Part shown: positions 56,468 to 64,000 of the stretch, one piece after another
Numbering within the stretch: position 1 is the stretch's first letter
How the letters are laid out: the number at the start of each line of letters is the position of its first letter
Assembly: GCA_040954595.2 (NCBI GenBank)
Contig: CM082584.2
Location: 10,940,552-11,004,551, forward strand
Direction: 5' to 3'
Source of the DNA: Balanoglossus misakiensis
Lineage: Eukaryota > Animalia > Hemichordata
Length of the DNA stretch: 64,000 bases
Notes under the pieces: generated by a model
Seen by the model: the letters and a program-made list of their open reading frames with translations, nothing else
The model's database searches: none
Told to the model about the DNA's origin: nothing
Translations under genes and position numbers: made by a program

Positions 56468-59400
56468 TCATTTCATGATTGTTTCTGTACACTTGACATT
56501 CCATTCCAGTCTCTCGTTCAGAGGCAGGATGTGATGTCCGACCTGTAAGAAGGAAACAACAGACATTAAATGGCATTAGCATTTGTTGTCAGTAGGTCAA
56601 AAAAAAAAAACAAGAAGTTTTTCTGTAGAGTTTTAGCTTCATTAATGGGAAAGAATGACATTATTGTATTGTACTGCACTCACCATACGACCCTTAGCTG
56701 GCACATCAAATATGGAATCCAGACTCTCTCTATGACTGGAACAATTCTTGCTTTGACTGCAGTCAAGTCGTGCTTTGACTTTACTATGTGACTGTAAACA
56801 AACAATAAAGAAAAAGAGATCATAGTATCACATTCCAATTACAGAGGAAGGTAAAGTTGTGGTCTTTTGAGAAGAACAAAATTCCCTTCTGTTTTCAACC
56901 AAATTGTGTCAGTGCAAGGGTTTAAGAGGGATCAGTTTCACTGAGTGGCTTACCTTATTATCCACCACAAGGCTGGCTCGGACCTCTCCAATGTAGGTGT
57001 ACAAAATCAGATCTTTCTTGCCCTTGATATGGGACTCTTCTCCGTTCTTGATGACAGAGTCAATGACAGCGTTCTTCAATGCACTACCTCCTTCCTGGGC
57101 TTCCAGTGGTTTCAGTTTCACCTTGGCATTCTCCGTATATACATCAACTCGAAATCCACATGACTGCAGACAAATCAATAACACAAGTCTTACTATCAGG
57201 GATGTCACCTACAAACTGCCTAACACTTACACCATTCTAGCTAATTCGACACATTCTGGTTGGGCACATGTGCATAAGACGATCGTCGCCCTTTAATAGT
57301 AAGTTATTCAGAAAGTACAAACCTCATCAAGTATCAGGTCTTTAGAGAAACCCATTGATGTCAAAGTTGTCCAAAGATCATCCAGATCGCCATCATTATC
57401 ATTGGCTTCCATCTTGTGCAAATCATAAAATCCTTTCTTTGTAATTTCCTGGCTCTTCAATTCAAAGTTTTCTGTCAAATAAAAGTTATCCCGTAAACGC
57501 AAGTTTGTATGAGCTTTATATATAAAGGTAATGGTGTGATAACATTATGACTCAACAGCCCGCCATTACACTCAGTTTCTGATGAGATTTGATCCAATAC
57601 TGTACCTTCAACAACTTCCCAAGCGTCATCATCGCAGTGTTCACCACTTGTCCGAAGCTGGAAGAAATCAAACTCCTCTCGGCTCAGAGTGCCGTTCCCA
57701 TCAAGGTCGATCATGTCAAACATATCTGACAAGGCATTTCTGAATTGCTTAGTGAGAACATATTCGTCAGTATCCCTGTCTTTCTTGACGAGCACAGTTT
57801 CCTTCTTGGCTTGTGATTTCCTCCTCTTGAACCGACATCCTGTTGTGAATGGAATCAATCTGTAGCTTCCAGATCGCAAGTCACACTTCAATGTATATTT
57901 CTGAAAAATCCCAAGATTATTTTGTTGATTATATTATATCATGCTCCCGTGGGGTTAAACCATATAAACAAAGCAAAAACACTGTTGAATTCACTGATGT
58001 TTATTTTGGAACTGCAGCCAGTGGACATTTTGCTTTTTTCTCACCTGGTGATGTCTTGCAGCAGTAAATGCAACAAACTCTGTGGGCTCACCACTCTCTT
58101 CCTTCAGGATGTACAAAGCTGTGTCAATAGGCTTGGCATGGTCAGCTAAACTACTGTCATCCAGCGATGAAACTAAAAAGCAACATCAACAGTACCTGGG
58201 TTAAATCTCATTCATGCAAGTGCCAATGTTATACTATGTTATCCATGAAGAGGTATTTGATTCATAGCAAATGGGTGTACAGCCTGCCATACCTTCATCA
58301 GACCTCGGTTTCACAGGTTCTACGGTAATCCAAACACTGGTTGCGCTGGGTACTTCTAGTGAATACTGGTGACTAATGATGCTGTTGTCTTCAAAATGAA
58401 AGCTGCCTTTGCTGTGGACGTGGTGCCAATTTTTGATGTTTCTTGGTTCGTGCGACTTGGCTGTACTCTTGATAACTGGCGACAGTGAGGATTTCGTCGA
58501 CTCTCTCCTCGATTTGGACGAGTCGACTTCATCTTCGTTCTCTGTTCCTTCAAAGACATTGAGAAATTTTCCATATAATAACTTGTGCCAATTTCTTTCT
58601 GACAACATCAACAAAGAGCAGGTGACATCAACTTGCAAGACTGTTGTACACACTTTCACAAACTGACTATATTGCCGACAGTTCATCACTTTAAAAAATG
58701 AGCTAAGAAGCTCCCTTATCCGACATCTGAGAGGGCTGCCAATCTGTTCTTACTTTGTAGGCAGCATTTGAGTTGAGTGTGTTTGTGTGAGAGAAAAAGA
58801 AGGGGGAGGGGAGATGCTGATGTCCAGTGCAGACAGATTAGAATAATACTTTGGCTTGTCAATAATTACATGTATTTGCCACACATACACAGTCTGTATT
58901 GACAAATGGAATACAGGGCATTAGTGTGCTGTTGGGTGCAGAAGAAGAAACTGTACTTGGTATCCAAAAAAAGATAATTATTAACACTTTATTGCTGTAC
59001 ATAACAATATATAATATATAATACAGTCACGCAGTTTAAATGCATATACAAATTGGAATGGAATGACAAGTCATGTATCTGGAATGGTACTATGATGATC
59101 AAAAGGCCAGCACTCCCTGGTTCCTAGATATTATGTGTGGCCTAAAATATAGTCATCTTCACATCAGCGGCTCAGGAGACAGTCCTGGTATAATACAGAA
59201 ATGGATAAAAAGATACATTAGAACTATGCCAAACTGTTTTGTTTTCGAAGTTCATTTTCATTTTCGCAAACAATCAAGATAGCTTTTATTGACTTGGGCT
59301 TCAGGAAACCAAAGTATCGGCAAACTGCTAATGTCATTTGAGCATTTAATGAGACAATTACAGAAATATCTGGGTAAATTTGCCCTTACCACCATAAAAT

Positions 59401-62400
59401 ATTAATAGCAAATCTTATCTGGCATGGATCTCTGAGTGAATCAAAACAGATGCTGTCTAATCAACAGAGGGCAGAAAAATATTCTAGTTTTATGGAATGT
59501 AGCTGGGAGTTAGTAGGAAGGACTAAGCATAGAACAACTACAGGCAGGGGTTGCATTAAAAATAGTGATTGTATATGGCCATTACGCCACGCTCCAGTTG
59601 AATAATTCTGTCCCTGTAAACACCAGCCATAAAATCGATGACTTTTGAAATGAATGCCACTAAAATATCTATTAAAATTAAATTACACTATGACTATTTA
59701 TTTTATCATTTTATCGTATTATTAATTATATTTACTAACCTTTCAGAATTTGACTATAATCTTCTTGTAACACAGTACTGACTTCATTTTATCCAGGTTT
59801 CTCTCAAACTTTTCAAGCCCACATTAACAAGAATTGACTGTGGTTGTCAGATACTGAAGACCGTATTTACACATCAAATTGCAGTCACAAGTCAACTATA
59901 GATGATATCCCAAACTGACTTTGAAATGCTTAGACAACTTTCATTTGAACTGCCTCCAGTGAGATCTGTTTACATGCATGTGCACTGGTATGAAAAATAC
60001 TGAATTCAACAACCCCATCACCAAAGAAAAGACATGGAAAAAGTAGACAATGCTATGGATGATGTAGTTAGAAAGTACACAACACAGTGAGTGACACTGT
60101 ATGTGCCATACAAGAGGTCCAACCTTCTCGTAGAAAACAATGGATTTGGACTGGACCATAGCCAGTGGTGAAAGGGTTAAGTTTCCCCTCACACTTCCTC
60201 AAGTCTCAGAATTATACTTACGTCTCCTTGGTATCCTTGGAGATGGTTTCGGGGAGCCTTCACTCAGTTGAGATGTTCGTGTCATTTTCTTGGGTTTATC
60301 CGTCCTCTCCACTTTCTCCTTGGCCGCCTGTTTCACTTTCTCAGTGGTGGACAGTAGCATCTTACAGAACTATGAAAAATCATACATCATAACTTTCAGC
60401 ATAGTTATTCCAGGGTGCAGGTTAACACCCATTTATGAAAATTTACATTCTAGAAGGTTATTTTCCCCCATCTGAACATGACAATAATCAAGCATGGGTT
60501 CTTTATGCCATTTAACATTTCACAAATCAAAATGCATATTTATATTACCTCATTATAGTCTAAGCGCCCATCTCCATCATCGTCTGCTTCATCAATCATT
60601 GCCCTCACTTCAGCTTTGGTCATTCTTTCGCCCCTCTAAGAAAACAACAGGACAGTTTTGAAACTGTGATGATGAAAGTTTTGTCTATCAGTAAATGACA
60701 GGGTGGGTCGGCGGGCTAAAATTAGGCTAGGTTGGGTAATCGGAACACATATTTTTTCTATTTGGCCTAAGCTCAACCACAAATACATTTTTTATCAATA
60801 AGTAAATCATCATTGTAAAGAGAATGACACCTACTTCAGTGAGAACTTTATACAACTCAGAGTGTGAGATATACCCATCACCATTTGCATCAATCTTTTT
60901 GAATGCCTTGATCAAGTCTGTTTCTGCTGTTGGCTTCTCCTTCTTCATGATGTCACAGAATTCATCATAAGGCTGCATTCACAAACACCTCTGGAGGGGG
61001 GGGCAGGAGAATTGAGGGGGGGGATTTGAAAAAATTGAGGGTATGTAAGGGGGGGGATTTGAAATAATTTAGGGACTGAAAGGGGGGGACTTGAAAACTT
61101 TGACGACTAAATATTTATTTTGAGTCCACAAAAATGCAGTTTCGCGCCCTTTATTTTACAAAATTTTCTAATGTGGGAGGGGGACACCCCCTCCCACACC
61201 CACCCCCTCCATTTATCAACACCTTTCAAATATTGACTGGTTTATCTAGTGTCCCAGGTCAGGGGACTTGCCCCCACCCCATGATAACTTTGAACGCGCG
61301 GCGGTTAAATTTGTCCTCCCCAACATACCGGTAGTTGAGTTAATGTGCTTTTGCCAGGTTCATTAAAATGCAGCTTTGAGCTCTGTATTTTATAAAATTT
61401 TCTTACGTGGGAGGGGGACACCCCCTCCCAAACCCACCCCCTTCAATTCTTGGTTTACAATGTCTCCCAACACAGAATACAGATACTTAAAAAATAAAAA
61501 CAATGTTCAGTTTTAATACCCACTGATGAGGGGAAACATCAGTTTCAAATTCTTTTCATGGGAGCGCTGTTTTTCTTTTTTTACAAGATAGATAGGTGAT
61601 GTGTTTTGCTGAGTGGAAGAAAATGGGGGGGGGACTTGAAAATTTTAGCAGTTCGGAAGGGGGGGATTTGAAAATATTTCGGGTTGTTGAAGGGGGGCAA
61701 GTGAAAATTAACGGTAAAAAAAATTGAATTCTCCCGCCCCCCCCTCCAGAGGTGTTTGTGAATGCAGCCTAAGTCAACTCAACTGAATGTGTGAGAGAGA
61801 TGGATACAAGTGGAAAGAGGTGACACATACAGCGTAATTACTCTACACGTAGTAAATCAAATTGTTATGGTTGACAGTTGATTAACTTTCATCTGTCAAC
61901 AATAACAATATCATATAGTGTACTACAAAATGTTACCAGTAGTAGAACAAGTATGGTATGTTGCAAAATGATTTTCCGTTTAAGACTAAATGTTATAACT
62001 ATATTGTTTGTTTGTTAAATTGTGAGAGCTTTCAGTTCATCCTGCTTTACCTGTGTCTGAAGTCCAGTAATGTCTTAGTGCTTTATTGGACGGATTTCTT
62101 CCTGCTTGGTGCAATACTACAGAGAAAAGAAGAAAAGGAAACACTATATTTGAACAGGGCTACAGAGAGTACCAACAACACTGCACATAGCCTCAATAAT
62201 AAGTTCACTCTCATTTTATGGCAATGGAAGCTTACCTAGTGAAAGTTCATCTTTAGATTTGATGGGATCACTGGCACTATCAAAGACAGCAAGATAAGCA
62301 GTTCGACACTCAGTGTAGAAATCTGCATCCTTACTCCTCTGTGATTCGTGCCCTGCACTATGTGATCTTTGACTTCCAATTGAGCTCCTGCTGCTTTTAC

Positions 62401-62413
62401 GACTAGAACTCAT
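56468..62413 (-). CDS. EFCAB7: EF-hand calcium-binding domain protein 7 (ciliary EvC-zone component); coding exon 3 interrupted by a MITE in this haplotype
   Basis: DFYTECRTAYLAVF; LHQAGRNPSNKALRHYWT; EFCDIMKKEKPT..LIKAFKKIDANGDGYISHSELYKVLT; RGERMT; YRLIPFTTGCRF; IDLDGNGTLSREEFDFFQLRTSGEHCDDDAWEV; GHHILPLNERLEWNV. Stop at 56468. Confidence 0.92.
60113..60180. mobile_element. piggyBac-like MITE, partial copy 6 (inverted)
   Basis: Reverse complement reads TTAACCCTTTCACCACTGGCTATGGTCCAGTCCAAATCCATTGTTTTCTACGAGAAGGTTGGACCTCT. Confidence 0.75.
60971..61769. mobile_element. 799-bp non-autonomous PIF/Harbinger-type (Tourist-like) MITE
   Basis: 43-bp TIRs GGCTGCATTCACAAACACCTCTGGA-G8-C(A/G)GGAGAATT with one mismatch; 3-bp TSD TAA at 60968-60970 and 61770-61772; subterminal G-run-ATTTGAAA repeats; internal ~75-bp direct repeat at ~61131 and ~61365; no transposase ORF. 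Confidence 0.93.
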
Positions 62414-63037
62414 TGTGGTTTAACAATTGAATCCCTGTAAAAATAAGCAAAGTAAACATCACTCTGGCATTATGTATACTGTGGCATTGGGCACACTGAC
62501 AACAGTGATTGTTGTCACAACCAGTTATTTCTGAAACAGTACACCAGCAGTGTTCAGAGGGTGCAATGACAACACCTTCACAATACACTGACAGAATACA
62601 CCAGTAACGCTTATATAGCTAATGATTACCGAAGGGTGTAGTCTGTCATTTGATTCACATACCATAACTGTAAACAGGTAATTACATTGCAGTACACCGT
62701 TTACGTTTACCGGTTGTCAGGATATCAATGGCGTTTCTACTTAAAGTAGCCTTACCTTGACCGATCTTCGGAACGAGCCCTACACAAAGTGTGTAGCTTT
62801 ACTACCCGGGGGTTCGTTGCTGAACAGAAACTGGTGTTTTGGACTGTAGGGTTGCGCAGTGACTATCAACTTCTCAGAGGCAAGACACCGCGGAATGTAT
62901 CGACAAGGACAGCGGCCATTTTGTTACCAGATGCTCAGTAACGCTGCGCAGTTTGACTATTAGGGTTGGCGTCCCTAGGTTTACTAAAATGGCACATCAT
63001 AATTAAGATGGGCTTGTGGGGCTCAACATCAGCTGAG

Positions 63038-63054
63038 GGCGCGGTCAACTTGAA
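63038..63054 (+). promoter_or_regulatory. Candidate CDE/CHR cell-cycle element
   Basis: GGCGCGG, a 4-nt spacer, then CTTGAA, about 45 nt upstream of the ATG at 63098. Confidence 0.45.
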
Positions 63055-63097
63055 TTTAGTGCAAGATCATCGTTGTTGACAACTAGACAGCGAAACG

Positions 63098-64000
63098 ATG
63101 GTAAAGACGTCTGTTACGAAAAAATCTGTTCTCGTGGCTGGTAAGTGTACATTGATTCAAACTACGGGCGCTTGTTGATCGGATTATCCGCTAAATCTAG
63201 AGACAATCCGGCCAACAAGCGCGCCTGTGATTCCAGTCCCCCTCTTTGGAACATGGACCTCGATCTGGTTGGAAGCGTCGCCGTTACCATGGTAACAGCT
63301 GCAGTACAACTCTATTCATATTATTACCAGTCTGTAAATGTTTTCATAACCTTATGGTCCCTGAACAACAAATTCATTCCCAACAGTAGAGAAACAATGT
63401 TTATTTGCTTCATTTCATGTACAGGCAAGCGGAAACTGACCAACCCGAATGAACCTCCTGCCCGGAGATCGCTTGAAGATGAATACAATCACTCTCCACG
63501 AAAACCAATGCATTATAGTCAGTCTCATATTGAGGTAAGGACACACTCTCTGAAGTCAGTTACATATAATGATATAGGGCTAAATTTGGGTGTATGTCAC
63601 CCTGAAGCTTGACATCTCTTAATGGGTTGAAATTGATCCCAGAGGCAAGGATAATTAAAACCTCATTCACGCAACAAACAGACTCCCCGGAATAAAGGCG
63701 AAGAAGTGAAAAAATGCTATGCCTTTTTCACACATGAAAATGGAAGTGAACATAAGTGAATTGTGATTAAGTTGACAGATATGGATATTGGAATCTCTCC
63801 TCTAAGAAGTCCTCAGAATTCTGCCACAGAAGATGAAAGCATGTCGCAGGAAGACGCCCCCGGAACCCCAGGAATAAACAGGAGTAAGACAACAGGGAAG
63901 AAGAAAATGCCTGATGGGAGAAGTCAAGGTCGAAGAAAGACAGGGGCCAATGATACTGCTGGTGGACAGTCTACAATGAGACAGTTCCTGCAGACTTCAC
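63098..64000 (+). CDS. 5' part of an unidentified gene divergent from EFCAB7 (exons 63098-63140, 63425-63534, and ~63779 to the window end; middle junctions unresolved)
   Basis: MVKTSVTKKSVLVAG|KRKLTNPNEPPARRSLEDEYNHSPRK... with canonical gtaagt/gtaagg donors. The last exon is open to the window end, has SP/TP sites, and contains QSTMRQFL. Confidence 0.6.
63283..63296. promoter_or_regulatory. Perfect palindromic RFX X-box upstream of EFCAB7
   Basis: GTTACCATGGTAAC; EFCAB7 is a ciliary gene, and X-boxes are the established RFX element of ciliary genes. Confidence 0.6.

Noticed and set aside
60971-61769. MITE acting as a self-removing introner
   Set aside because: No donor/acceptor pair at or near its ends restores the reading frame.
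61800-61807. U12-type donor-like GTATCCAT on the minus strand
   Set aside because: It lies about 25 nt upstream of a normal acceptor inside a GT-AG intron, with no exon in front of it.
63098-64000. Naming the last gene ITGB3BP/CENP-R from human synteny
   Set aside because: No recognisable sequence similarity in the visible portion.

Overview
This is gene-dense, intron-containing animal genomic DNA. Compact introns, orthologues of vertebrate genes and the repeat families suggest an invertebrate deuterostome such as a hemichordate or echinoderm (inference only). Gene order: 5' end of an unidentified minus-strand gene built from microexons; LicD/fukutin-family phosphotransferase (+); SPTLC1 (-); two convergent paralogous O-fucosyltransferase-like genes flanking a single-exon small heat-shock protein; an orphan coiled-coil/low-complexity gene (+); SLC4A11 (+); C9orf72 (-) head-to-head with DOHH (+); SLC44A1/CTL1-like (-); EFCAB7 (-) head-to-head with an unidentified, probably cell-cycle, gene (+, runs off the window). 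Three observations stand out. (1) Two mutually homologous ~95-aa two-TM ORFs lie in tandem between the C9orf72 promoter and its start codon, suggesting a tricistronic transcript encoding a microprotein family I do not recognise. (2) An intact PIF/Harbinger-type MITE sits inside an EFCAB7 coding exon and creates an immediate stop. (3) The choline transporter has a duplicated, probably mutually exclusive 93-nt exon pair and alternative terminal exons. Gene models were spliced by eye and identities come from recalled motifs; no searches were run.
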